A program made the translations under genes and the position numbers. DNA of 25,060 nucleotides from Candidatus Moraniibacteriota bacterium (GTDB taxonomy: Bacteria > Patescibacteriota > Minisyncoccia > Moranbacterales > DUUL01). Shown in pieces: positions 1-8,212 of this stretch. The stretch lies in the NCBI GenBank assembly GCA_018399935.1, contig JAGYNP010000010.1:1-25060 (forward strand). The letters are read 5' to 3'. The notes below the pieces were generated by a model. It saw only the letters and a list, made by a program, of their open reading frames with translations. It was not told the origin of the DNA and searched no databases. Position 1 is the first letter of the stretch, and the number at the start of each line of letters is the position of its first letter.

Positions 1-1
1 T

Positions 2-1249
2 TCTGATAGAATTTATCTTTCTGATGATAATGTATTAATTTCATCTGTTGAGTTAGGAATGGCTAATCAATACATTAGAGATTTAAGCAAAAATGTCAGA
101 AGAGGAATTAAATCAAAATTAGAAAAAGGAATTTGGCCAAGTGGCGCTCCAGTTGGTTATAAAAACGAGAATAAAGAAATTGTAATTGATAAAGAAAAAG
201 CAAAATATATTAAAAAAGCTTTTATTTTATATTCAAAAGGAGGGCATAGCCTAAAAGAACTAACTGATCTTTTGTTTGAAGAAGGTTTTAGGTCAAAAGG
301 TGGTGGAAGATATTATAAAAGTAGTATTTACAAGATCCTTACCAACACTTTTTATTATGGATTAATGTTAAATAAAGAAAATTATTATCAAGGAATCCAT
401 AAACCGATTATCCCTAAAGAGGTTTTTGATAAAGTTCAATTAGTTCTTCAAGGCAAAAGTCAAACCAGAAGAAAAAAACATTTTTTCACTTATCGAGGAT
501 TGTTGTATTGTGAAAAATGCGGTTGTCTTTTAACTGCTACTACCAAAAAGGGCTACAACTATTATTATTGCACCAATGGAAAAAGAAATTGTGATGAACA
601 CAAAAAATATTTAAGAGAAGAATTAATTGAAAAGATTTTAGCTAATTCTTTGAATAAATTAAAAATGAATTCTGAAATGATTGAAATTCTTTATCAATCA
701 GCTAAGGAAAAAATGGATTTAAATAGAAATTACAAAGAAGATATTAAAAAAACTCTCCTGAATCAATTAAAACAGGTTGATATCAAGCAAGAAAGACTTT
801 TAGAGGGTTACTGCTCAGAAATTATTTCCAAAGACGCCTACAAGCAAAAAGAACAACTTTTGCAAAAAGAAAAAGCGGAACTGAAACTTCAAATTGATAA
901 AATCAAGAATAAAACAATTAGAGATGGTGCTACTTTGGAACGGACAAAAAAACTCTTTTTAAAGGCTTGTTATGCGAAAAAAGAATTTTTACAAGCCCAA
1001 AAAGAAGGAAAAACAAAAACGCTCCAAATTTTACTTTGGAACGCTACTGTTCAAAATCGAGAATTGGCTACAGTTAGCTTCAAACCAGAATTCCAGTTGA
1101 TAGCTAATGAGCCAAATAAGACCAATTTTGAGATAATGCGGAGGCGAGAGGATTCGAACCCCTGGTCCGCGTTAACAGACTACGGTTTTCAAGACCGTTG
1201 CTTTCGACCGCTCAGCCACGCCTCCAATAATATTTTTTACGAACTTTAA
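2..1249 (+). CDS. Large serine recombinase/integrase (recombinase + Zn-ribbon + coiled-coil), 5'-truncated by the window edge
   Basis: Frame is open from base 2 (SDRIYLSDDNVLISSVELG-MANQYIRDLSKNVRRG), so the track start at 59 is internal. Motifs G.WPSGAPVGY, ILTNTFYYG, G.HKPII, TYRGLLYCEKCG and YYYC are typical of large serine recombinases. Confidence 0.9.
   Translation, partial: SDRIYLSDDNVLISSVELGMANQYIRDLSKNVRRGIKSKLEKGIWPSGAPVGYKNENKEIVIDKEKAKYIKKAFILYSKGGHSLKELTDLLFEEGFRSKGGGRYYKSSIYKILTNTFYYGLMLNKENYYQGIHKPIIPKEVFDKVQLVLQGKSQTRRKKHFFTYRGLLYCEKCGCLLTATTKKGYNYYYCTNGKRNCDEHKKYLREELIEKILANSLNKLKMNSEMIEILYQSAKEKMDLNRNYKEDIKKTLLNQLKQVDIKQERLLEGYCSEIISKDAYKQKEQLLQKEKAELKLQIDKIKNKTIRDGATLERTKKLFLKACYAKKEFLQAQKEGKTKTLQILLWNATVQNRELATVSFKPEFQLIANEPNKTNFEIMRRREDSNPWSALTDYGFQDRCFRPLSHASNNIFYEL
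1139..1225 (-). tRNA. tRNA-Ser(UGA), CCA not encoded
   Basis: Reverse complement folds: acceptor GGAGGCG/CGCCTCC, anticodon arm ACGGT-CTTGAAA-ACCGT, long variable arm, T loop TTCGAAT, discriminator G. Confidence 0.97.
1139..1225. mobile_element. Probable right junction (att site) of an element integrated at the tRNA-Ser 3' end; the element body lies left of the window
   Basis: The recombinase gene points into and overlaps the tRNA 3' end. The matching direct repeat is not visible in this window. Confidence 0.55.
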
Positions 1250-1341
1250 ATTAGTATAAATTCGTTACGAAATTTTAAAATCTTGTGAAATTTTACGATT
1301 CCTGCATCTATAAAAGAACTTCTAATCAAAAAGCTATAGTG

Positions 1342-1425
1342 TGCCTGGGGCGGGACTTGAACCCGCACAAGATAAATCTTAAGGGATTTTAAGTCCCTCG
1401 TGTCTACCAGTTCCACCACCCAGGC
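1342..1425 (-). tRNA. tRNA-Leu(UAA), CCA not encoded
   Basis: Acceptor GCCTGGG/CCCAGGC, anticodon arm AGGGA-CTTAAAA-TCCCT, variable arm, T arm GCGGG-TTCAAGT-CCCGC. Confidence 0.97.
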
Positions 1426-1588
1426 TATTTTGTTAAGGTTTCAATATCCGGAACACTTTTTTATCAAAATTAAAATAACTCACTCATTGTGCGATTAAGC
1501 ACATCTTGCTTGTCATTTTAATTTTTTCTCAAATTGTTCTCAATTATTTAAACATCGTCAGTCTATCAGAATTTCTAACGAATTTCTG

Positions 1589-1659
1589 AGGTCCGGAGCG
1601 GAATTGAACCGCTGTACAAGGTTTTGCAGACCTTTGCCTAACCACTCGGCCACCGGACC
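1589..1659 (-). tRNA. tRNA-Cys(GCA), CCA not encoded
   Basis: Acceptor GGTCCGG/CCGGACC, anticodon arm AAGGT-CTGCAAA-ACCTT, T arm AGCGG-TTCAATT-CCGCT, discriminator U. Confidence 0.97.
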
Positions 1660-1694
1660 AACCCCATAAAAGTAATTCCACTGTAACGATACTT

Positions 1695-1723
1695 ATAATA
1701 CCAATTAAAAACGATTAGGTCAA
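1695..1723 (-). promoter_or_regulatory. Sigma70-type promoter for the tRNA-Cys-Leu-Ser cluster
   Basis: Minus strand TTGACC (1723-1718), 17-nt spacer, TATTAT (1700-1695), about 35 nt upstream of tRNA-Cys. Confidence 0.7.
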
Positions 1724-1820
1724 TAAGTTTCTTAACATTTGATTTTTTAATTTTTTATTGGTAAAAATAATTTTTTAGTTTAAATATTTTCAGCGAATGC
1801 TTGTTGGAAAGAAATAAAAA

Positions 1821-1861
1821 TAAATCAGTATTTAAATACTGATTTAAATACTGATTTAAAT
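1821..1861. repeat. 26-bp perfect palindrome overlapping a 12-bp tandem repeat
   Basis: TAAATCAGTATTTAAATACTGATTTA (1821-1846) is self-complementary. TTTAAATACTGA occurs at 1831-1842 and 1843-1854, with a partial copy to 1861. Confidence 0.9.
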
Positions 1862-2671
1862 TTAAAGAAGAGTTTGGTCTTTGATGGTTTTTTTGAATTC
1901 AGTGTAGGAATTGATTAGGTAATAAGTTCCTAAAATATTCATATCATTGAGTCGAACTGCGGCCTGAAAACTGCGATTGGGATTTTCATCAATAATTAAA
2001 AGTTTTCCAGTCGGAATGTCTTTTCTGTCTTTTTCTAAATTTTCTAAGGGAATATTGATAGCATTATTAAAATGGTCTTTTTCAAAGTCATTTTTAATTC
2101 TAACATCTAGATAAATAAAACGTTCTCCCTGATTAAGGCGATTTCCTAAATTTGTTAATTCAATAGGATTAACTTTAGCTCTGTCTTCAGACGAAGTAAC
2201 GTCTCCATAAGAAATTAAATTATAACCAGAGTCTAAATAATTATATAAACCGCCTTGAAGGTAATTGACCTTAAAACCAACCTTTTTTAATTGGTCAGTA
2301 ATTTTTTTACCTTTATTACTTTCTTTTGTTTCAACTATTAATAAAGTTTTATCTTTTTCTAAACTAGGATGATCAGGGGTTAAATTTTCTAAAGGAATGT
2401 TGATAGATGATTCTATGTGATGATCACTAAAATTTTGATTATTTCGGATATCAATAATTAGAAATTCATTTATTCTAATGGCTTTAAAAATTTCTTGAGG
2501 TTTAGTGTAGGTTATGTCGTAATTCATTTCCTCGATTTTTTCTTCTTTAATTCTCAAGGTATCATTATCCTTAGAGTTTTTTCTAATAGTAAAAAATATA
2601 AGAATAACAAGTATTAGTAAAGCTATGGTTATAATTAAAGCTGTTAAAATAGAATAATTTTCTTTTTTCAT
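1862..2671 (-). CDS. Membrane-anchored tandem rhodanese-like domain protein
   Basis: N-terminal hydrophobic helix, then two rhodanese-fold repeats (IIDIR...HIESSINIP...LQGG; YLDVR...HFNNAINIP). Confidence 0.8.
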   Translation of the reverse strand: MKKENYSILTALIITIALLILVILIFFTIRKNSKDNDTLRIKEEKIEEMNYDITYTKPQEIFKAIRINEFLIIDIRNNQNFSDHHIESSINIPLENLTPDHPSLEKDKTLLIVETKESNKGKKITDQLKKVGFKVNYLQGGLYNYLDSGYNLISYGDVTSSEDRAKVNPIELTNLGNRLNQGERFIYLDVRIKNDFEKDHFNNAINIPLENLEKDRKDIPTGKLLIIDENPNRSFQAAVRLNDMNILGTYYLINSYTEFKKTIKDQTLL

Positions 2672-2893
2672 TTATTTTCTTTATTTTTTTATTTTAATAA
2701 GATTATTGTAAAATAGGAGACTGTTCTTGGTAATTCTTTTTATTATTAATTTTATTTAAGATTTGTTGTATATTTTCTAAATGATATGAAGCATTGATTC
2801 GGATTTTCTAGTTTTGGTTAAATTTTTTCAAACTTGTTTGTTTGGATTTTTTGTTAAAATTATAAAAAAGTGAATTTGGTGAGATAAACAAGA

Positions 2894-3853
2894 CTATGAT
2901 TGAAAATAACTTCCTAATAAATCTGGATAACCGTTTAAAAAATTTTCAATTGGGGTTTCCCTTTTTCCTTCCATTTTAATTTTTTTTAAAACAACTGATC
3001 CAGTTTTGGTTTTGACTAGGATTTTGTTTTTATCCTTATAGATTTTTCCTATTTTTTTATTTTCAAAAGCATTTTCTTTTTGCCAATCAATTTCAGTCAA
3101 AGTGATTTTTGTTAAATTTTTATTTCTGTTCCAAAAAGTGTAAATTTGAGGCCATTGATAATAAGCTCTAAATTTATTGTAAATATTTTCAGCTTGAGAA
3201 TTCCAGTTTATTTGCCCATCTTTCTTTTTGATAATTTTAGTAAAAGTAGCTTGTGAATTATTTTGAGGTTGAGGGGTGATTTTTTTATTTAAGTAACTAT
3301 CAAGAGTCTTGACTAAAATTTTATTAGTGATCTTGATTAATTTTCTTTCTAAAGTAGGCTGAGTATCATTGGGATTAATCGAGGTTTCTTCTTGATTAAT
3401 AATATCACCAGCATCTAATTTGGGATTGATTTTCATTATTGTTACACCAGTTTTTTTTAGTCCTTGTGATAAAGCGGTTTGAATTGGTGAGGCTCCTCTT
3501 AGTTTTGGTAAAAGAGAAGTGTGAATATTTATAAAACCATAAGGAACTTTTTCAATAAAATCAGCTGGAATTATCATTCCATATGAAGCTACGATAACTA
3601 AATTTGGTTTTATTTTTTTTATTTTATCTAAAGTTTTTTGATTTAATTTTTTAAACTGAGTCAATTTTAATTTTTCTTTTTTAGCTAAAATTTTAACGGC
3701 TGATGGTTGAGGTTCCTTTTTTCTTCCAGCTAGTTTATCGGGTTGAGTCACTACTAGATCAATTTTAATTTTTTGAGTTAGTAAATTATTGAGAATTTCT
3801 TTAGCAAAAAAAGAAGTTCCCATAAAAATAACTCGAGCATCTTTTAGTTTCAT
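2894..3853 (-). CDS. fmt: Methionyl-tRNA formyltransferase
   Basis: IFMGT, VVTQPD, VASYG, NIHTSLLPKLRGASPIQ, LDAGDI; adjacent to def. Confidence 0.96.
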   Translation of the reverse strand: MKLKDARVIFMGTSFFAKEILNNLLTQKIKIDLVVTQPDKLAGRKKEPQPSAVKILAKKEKLKLTQFKKLNQKTLDKIKKIKPNLVIVASYGMIIPADFIEKVPYGFINIHTSLLPKLRGASPIQTALSQGLKKTGVTIMKINPKLDAGDIINQEETSINPNDTQPTLERKLIKITNKILVKTLDSYLNKKITPQPQNNSQATFTKIIKKKDGQINWNSQAENIYNKFRAYYQWPQIYTFWNRNKNLTKITLTEIDWQKENAFENKKIGKIYKDKNKILVKTKTGSVVLKKIKMEGKRETPIENFLNGYPDLLGSYFQS

Positions 3854-3891
3854 ATTTTTAATTGTTATTAAGGGATAATAAAAATGATATT

Positions 3892-4335
3892 TTATCTATT
3901 TTCATTTACCCTATCAACGATTAATACTCCATTTAAGTGATCAATTTCGTGTTGAATAGCACGGGCCAAAAGTCCTCGGGCTCGTATGATTTGTTTTTTT
4001 CCATTTAAATCAGTAGCTTTTACTTTGACCCTTTTATGACGTTGAATATTTAAGAATTTATTAGGTATAGAAAGACATCCTTCTTCGGAGGGAATTTTTT
4101 CTTTGGATAGAGTTTTGATTTCCGGATTAATTAGAACAAAAAGTTCATTTTCAATTTCAATGATACAAATTCTTAAATTTTTTCCAATTTGAGGAGCAGC
4201 TAAACCTAAACCGTTGTTTGATCTAAGAGTTTGAATCATATCAAGAATAAGTTGTTTAATTTCAACACTAGTAGGGTCTTTAATTTCCTCAGAAATTTTT
4301 CTTAGAATTTCATTAGGGTATTCTACTATTTTCAT
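3892..4335 (-). CDS. def: Peptide deformylase
   Basis: All three motifs present: GLGLAAPQIG, EGCLS, QHEIDHLNG. Confidence 0.98.
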   Translation of the reverse strand: MKIVEYPNEILRKISEEIKDPTSVEIKQLILDMIQTLRSNNGLGLAAPQIGKNLRICIIEIENELFVLINPEIKTLSKEKIPSEEGCLSIPNKFLNIQRHKRVKVKATDLNGKKQIIRARGLLARAIQHEIDHLNGVLIVDRVNENR

Positions 4336-4353
4336 AAAATAAATTTTATCTTT

Positions 4354-6324
4354 TTAAAAAACATTTTCTGGATCAGGATCGATGCTCCAGGAAACGGAAA
4401 TTTTTCTTAATTTTTTCTCTAATTCTGGAATATTTTTTTTAAACTTAACTTTTATTAAAATATGTTTATTCCAAAAAATACCTTTTTTCTTAACAAAACT
4501 ATAGAAAGGTTGAAATATTTTTAAATCTTTTTCTTTAAAATATTCCTGTAGTTGATTATATACCTTATTAACTGTTTTTTCAACTTTTTCTTGATTGGTA
4601 TCTTTGAAAGTTAGTCGGTAAAGTTTATAGAAAGGCGGGTATTTCAAAGTTTGTCGATTTTCAAGTTCAGTTTTAGCGAAATTTTCCCAGTTCCATTTCT
4701 TTAAATTTTTCAGAATTGCTAAATTAGATTTGAAAGTTTGAACGTAAAAAATACCTTTTTGGTCGCTGTGAGGTCGATTAATTCGACCTCCAATTTGGAA
4801 AAATCCACCTAACCATCTTTCGTCAAATTTGTAGTCGGCTTTTCCAGTCCATCTTTGGGCATTTAAAACAGCGACTAAACCAACGTTGGGAAAATCAAAG
4901 CCTTTAGCGATAGTTTGATTGCCAATTAAAAAATTTATTTTATTTTTTTGGATATCTTTAAATAATTTTTTGCGAGTCTCATTTTTTTCAAAGTTACTTT
5001 TAGTTATTAGGGTAGTTTTACTTTTTGGAAATAACTTTTTAATTTCGGCGGTTACTGATTCGGTACCAAAGCCGATATTCTTTAATTTATAACTTTTGCA
5101 ATTTGGGCAATTACTTAAATTAGATATTTTGTAATTACAGTGAAGACATTGATATTGATCTTTGATATTTACTAAAGAAGTTCGACATCTAGGGCATTTT
5201 AGAGAAGTTTTACAATTTTCACAAAAGACTGCTTGACTTTTACCGTGGTAGGGCACTAAGATAATTGAAATTTTTTTATCTTGATAAGTTTTTTTTAAAT
5301 CTGTCATTAAATCTTTTGAAATTAAAATATCACCAGTTTTCTGGTAAGATTTTTCCCATAAATTTAAAATATTAATAGTTGGATTTAAAACTTTAATTTT
5401 CTTGGTTTTTAAAACAGGAATTTTTGAAAGTTTCCAATTATTTTTATTGTTTTTGGCTTCCCAATAATTTTTAATCGATGGAGTAGCTGACAAAAAAATA
5501 ATTTTAGCTTTGTGCTGTTGTGCCAACCAATATGCTACTTTTTCAACGTGATATTTTGGATTTTTGTCCCAATTTTTATGGGAAATATCTTGTTCTTCAT
5601 CAATAATAATGGTACCTAAATTTTTAAAAGGCATAAAACAGCCAGTTTTAGTAGTAATCAATATATCAATCTGACCAGATTTTAAATTTTTCCAAATACT
5701 AGAAATTTCAGAAGGCTTTAATTGAGAATGAAGTAGCTCAACTTTTTTTTTAAAGAATCTTTTTTTATAGCGATGAATTTCTTGGTAAGACAAAAAAATT
5801 TCAGGTAAGATGATTAAAGATTGTTGTTTTTTCTTTAAAGAGCTATCTACTAAATTCATAGCAATCTCAGTTTTTCCAGAAGAAGCTGGTCCAAAAATTA
5901 AGTGTTTTTTTGAAAAGTGAGTAGCTAATATTTTTTTAAGTATTTTAGTTTGGGAAGGAGTTAATTCTATTGGAAGATCTTTTTTATTTTTTTCAATTTT
6001 TAAGGGAGGAATTTTTTTGGTGATATTGAAAGTGAAAAATTTTAAAACTATTCCCAACGGAGTGAAATAATAGTCTGAAATTTTTTTAGCTAAATTGAGT
6101 TGATTATTGTTGATTAATTCAAGGGTTTTAATTGTTAATATTTTTCTAGTTCGGAAAATTGGTTTGGACTGTTTGTTAAAAACAATTCCTTTGATTTTTT
6201 TATTTCTAAAAGGAATTAAAACCAAAGAACCAAAAGGGATTTCTTTTGAATATTGATAGGTAAAAAATGGTTCTTTATTAATTGAAATTCGAGTCAAAGG
6301 AATTATTTGGTAGTAATGCTTCAT
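4354..6324 (-). CDS. priA: Primosomal protein N' (replication restart helicase)
   Basis: N-terminal FTY...G..V.IPF 3'-binding-like region, SGKTE, IIIDEE, SATPS, four CxxC pairs, GFGTE, IAKGFDFPNV, YPPF; conserved priA-def-fmt order. Confidence 0.93.
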   Translation of the reverse strand: MKHYYQIIPLTRISINKEPFFTYQYSKEIPFGSLVLIPFRNKKIKGIVFNKQSKPIFRTRKILTIKTLELINNNQLNLAKKISDYYFTPLGIVLKFFTFNITKKIPPLKIEKNKKDLPIELTPSQTKILKKILATHFSKKHLIFGPASSGKTEIAMNLVDSSLKKKQQSLIILPEIFLSYQEIHRYKKRFFKKKVELLHSQLKPSEISSIWKNLKSGQIDILITTKTGCFMPFKNLGTIIIDEEQDISHKNWDKNPKYHVEKVAYWLAQQHKAKIIFLSATPSIKNYWEAKNNKNNWKLSKIPVLKTKKIKVLNPTINILNLWEKSYQKTGDILISKDLMTDLKKTYQDKKISIILVPYHGKSQAVFCENCKTSLKCPRCRTSLVNIKDQYQCLHCNYKISNLSNCPNCKSYKLKNIGFGTESVTAEIKKLFPKSKTTLITKSNFEKNETRKKLFKDIQKNKINFLIGNQTIAKGFDFPNVGLVAVLNAQRWTGKADYKFDERWLGGFFQIGGRINRPHSDQKGIFYVQTFKSNLAILKNLKKWNWENFAKTELENRQTLKYPPFYKLYRLTFKDTNQEKVEKTVNKVYNQLQEYFKEKDLKIFQPFYSFVKKKGIFWNKHILIKVKFKKNIPELEKKLRKISVSWSIDPDPENVF

Positions 6325-6473
6325 ATTTAAAGACTTGATTAATTTTTTTTAATTTTATAAACAAATCTTAATTTCTAAATTTAAAATGTTTGATATAGTA
6401 GATTTAAAAAGTGAAATTTGTAATTTATCTATTTGCTAGCAAGTAAGTTTAAAAATTAAAAATTAAAGTTTTT

Positions 6474-7271
6474 TTATCTCCTTTTCCATCTTCCTATTAA
6501 ATATCCGCTTTCTAAAGGGGCTTCATAGGAAATATTAAAAAATTTGTGATGAGTTTTCTCGATTAAACCTAGAGCGATAATAATTGATTTTAAACCTAAT
6601 TCACCAGCTTCTTGGCAAAAATCAGGATTTAATTTAAGAATTTTTTCAGTTTGAGAGTTTTTTAATAATTTAATTAAAGTATGATCAAATTTTGCTCCAT
6701 AAGGAGAGTAGTTTTCTTTATAATTTTTAGAAAGACGTTGAGATAAATCACCGTTAACTATGAAAGCGATATTTTCTTCAGTTTCAGATAATATTTCTTT
6801 TAGTAATTTTCCTAATTTTAAATGGGTTTCATAATCTAAAGAAGTAAAGGTTACATTGATGATTTTAGGTCTTCTCTTAAATTTTTTAGTAAAAAATGTT
6901 AAAGGGACTAATGTTCCATAGTCGATTTCATTTTCTTGAATAGCTTCTATTGGAAAATTTTGATTTCGGAGTTCTTTCAAGATTTTTTTAGCTAGTTGAT
7001 AGTTGCTATTGTAATAATAATCTTCGTGGTCTTTAATACCGAATTTATTGAAATTGCCTTTTAAGTTTTTTTCAATATTTATAGTAAATTTATCATAACG
7101 TATTGGGCCTTTTGGGGAGATAAAAATAATTGTTTCAGGGTTAGAATTAGCTAATTCTTGAGCTAATTTTTCTAAACCAGAGACAGTTTTTTTAATTAAT
7201 AAATAATTTTTTTTATTTATCTCTGGAATTAAGGCTGGGGAAAATGGAGTTACTCCGATAAAATTTATCAT
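6474..7271 (-). CDS. LigB/MEMO1-like (class III extradiol dioxygenase fold, AmmeMemoRadiSam B-like) protein
   Basis: Motif scaffold P..P.LIPEI, IFISP.GP, D.GTLVPL, GDLS.RL, YSP.G.KFD, A.E.GL.S, SYEAP...GY. Confidence 0.8.
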   Translation of the reverse strand: MINFIGVTPFSPALIPEINKKNYLLIKKTVSGLEKLAQELANSNPETIIFISPKGPIRYDKFTINIEKNLKGNFNKFGIKDHEDYYYNSNYQLAKKILKELRNQNFPIEAIQENEIDYGTLVPLTFFTKKFKRRPKIINVTFTSLDYETHLKLGKLLKEILSETEENIAFIVNGDLSQRLSKNYKENYSPYGAKFDHTLIKLLKNSQTEKILKLNPDFCQEAGELGLKSIIIALGLIEKTHHKFFNISYEAPLESGYLIGRWKRR

Positions 7272-7448
7272 TTTTTAGTCTTAAAATATAATTTCCAGTA
7301 AGTTTATTCTAATTGAATAAGTTGAGTTACACAACATCAAGTATCAAATATTAAGCTAATGCTCTTCGGATATAAAATTTATTTATTTCCTGATTTTTTG
7401 AGTGTAAATGAGTGATAGTTTTTTATTTTATACTTAACATTTTTTCTC

Positions 7449-7477
7449 TTGACAGGGTTTTTTATAAAATTTATACT
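7449..7477 (+). promoter_or_regulatory. Sigma70 promoter of the nrdR-nrdD operon
   Basis: TTGACA (7449-7454), 17 nt, TATACT (7472-7477). Confidence 0.85.
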
Positions 7478-7499
7478 AGTAGAGTTGTTGGTTGTAAAT

Positions 7500-7515
7500 A
7501 TACAACATATAGTGT
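7500..7515. promoter_or_regulatory. NrdR box
   Basis: ATACAACATATAGTGT matches the NrdR consensus acaCwAtATaTwGtgt at 14/16 positions; it lies between the promoter and the nrdR start. Confidence 0.75.
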
Positions 7516-7549
7516 TTTTAAAACTTTTAGTTTAAAATAAAGAAAAAAA

Positions 7550-7996
7550 ATGAAATGTCCATTTTGTGGTAATCCAGAAACTAGAGTAGTGGATTCTAGA
7601 GATACCAATGAAAATAGAACAATCAGAAGAAGAAGAAAATGTGAGAAATGTAAGGCTCGGTTTTCTACTTATGAACATGTTGAGGTTTTAAATAAAGTTG
7701 TTATTAAAAGAGATGAAACGGAAGAGCCATATCAAAGAGAGAAAATGGAGGAGGGAATTAAAAGAGCTACTAATAAAAGAATTAAGGGCGATAATTTAAA
7801 GCAATTAATTGATGAAATAGAAATAGAAATTAATCGAAAAGGTGAATCAGAGATCAGTTCTAAAAAAATTGGGAAGGCTATTTTGGAAAAATTAAAAAAG
7901 AAAGATGAAGTGGCTTATTTGAGATTTGCTTCAGTTTTTAAATCGTTTGGAAGTGGAGAAAGGTTTATTAAAGAGTTTAAAAAAATCGGAAAATAA
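7550..7996 (+). CDS. nrdR: Transcriptional repressor NrdR
   Basis: MKCPFC...V.DSR...RRRRKCEKC..RFSTYE Zn ribbon, ATP-cone, and AYLRFASV motif. Confidence 0.98.
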   Translation: MKCPFCGNPETRVVDSRDTNENRTIRRRRKCEKCKARFSTYEHVEVLNKVVIKRDETEEPYQREKMEEGIKRATNKRIKGDNLKQLIDEIEIEINRKGESEISSKKIGKAILEKLKKKDEVAYLRFASVFKSFGSGERFIKEFKKIGK

Positions 7997-8144
7997 AAAA
8001 TGGAAGGTTGTTTTTTTAAATGTAATTTTGTTGTTAAAAGTACTATAACAACAAGGATGTTTAGAAAAATTTTGAATAAGGGTTTGTTCCGGAGCATTCC
8101 CAGGAAAACTACTTTCAAACATAGTTTTTTACTAAAAATTATAA

Positions 8145-8189
8145 TTTTATAGTAGAAAAGGTGTTAGTAAATAGTTTTCTACTATAAAA
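8145..8189. repeat. Perfect 15-bp inverted repeat upstream of nrdD
   Basis: TTTTATAGTAGAAAA (8145-8159) / TTTTCTACTATAAAA (8175-8189), 15-nt loop. Confidence 0.9.
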
Positions 8190-8212
8190 ATTAAACGGGG
8201 GATCTAAAAAAA

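Noticed and set aside
7915-8152. Short ORFs in the nrdR-nrdD spacer (7915-8118 -, 7931-8122 -, and a 50-codon + ORF at 8000-8152)
   Set aside because: No RBS or recognisable motif; they overlap nrdR or the hairpins. A leader peptide is not strictly excluded but is unsupported.
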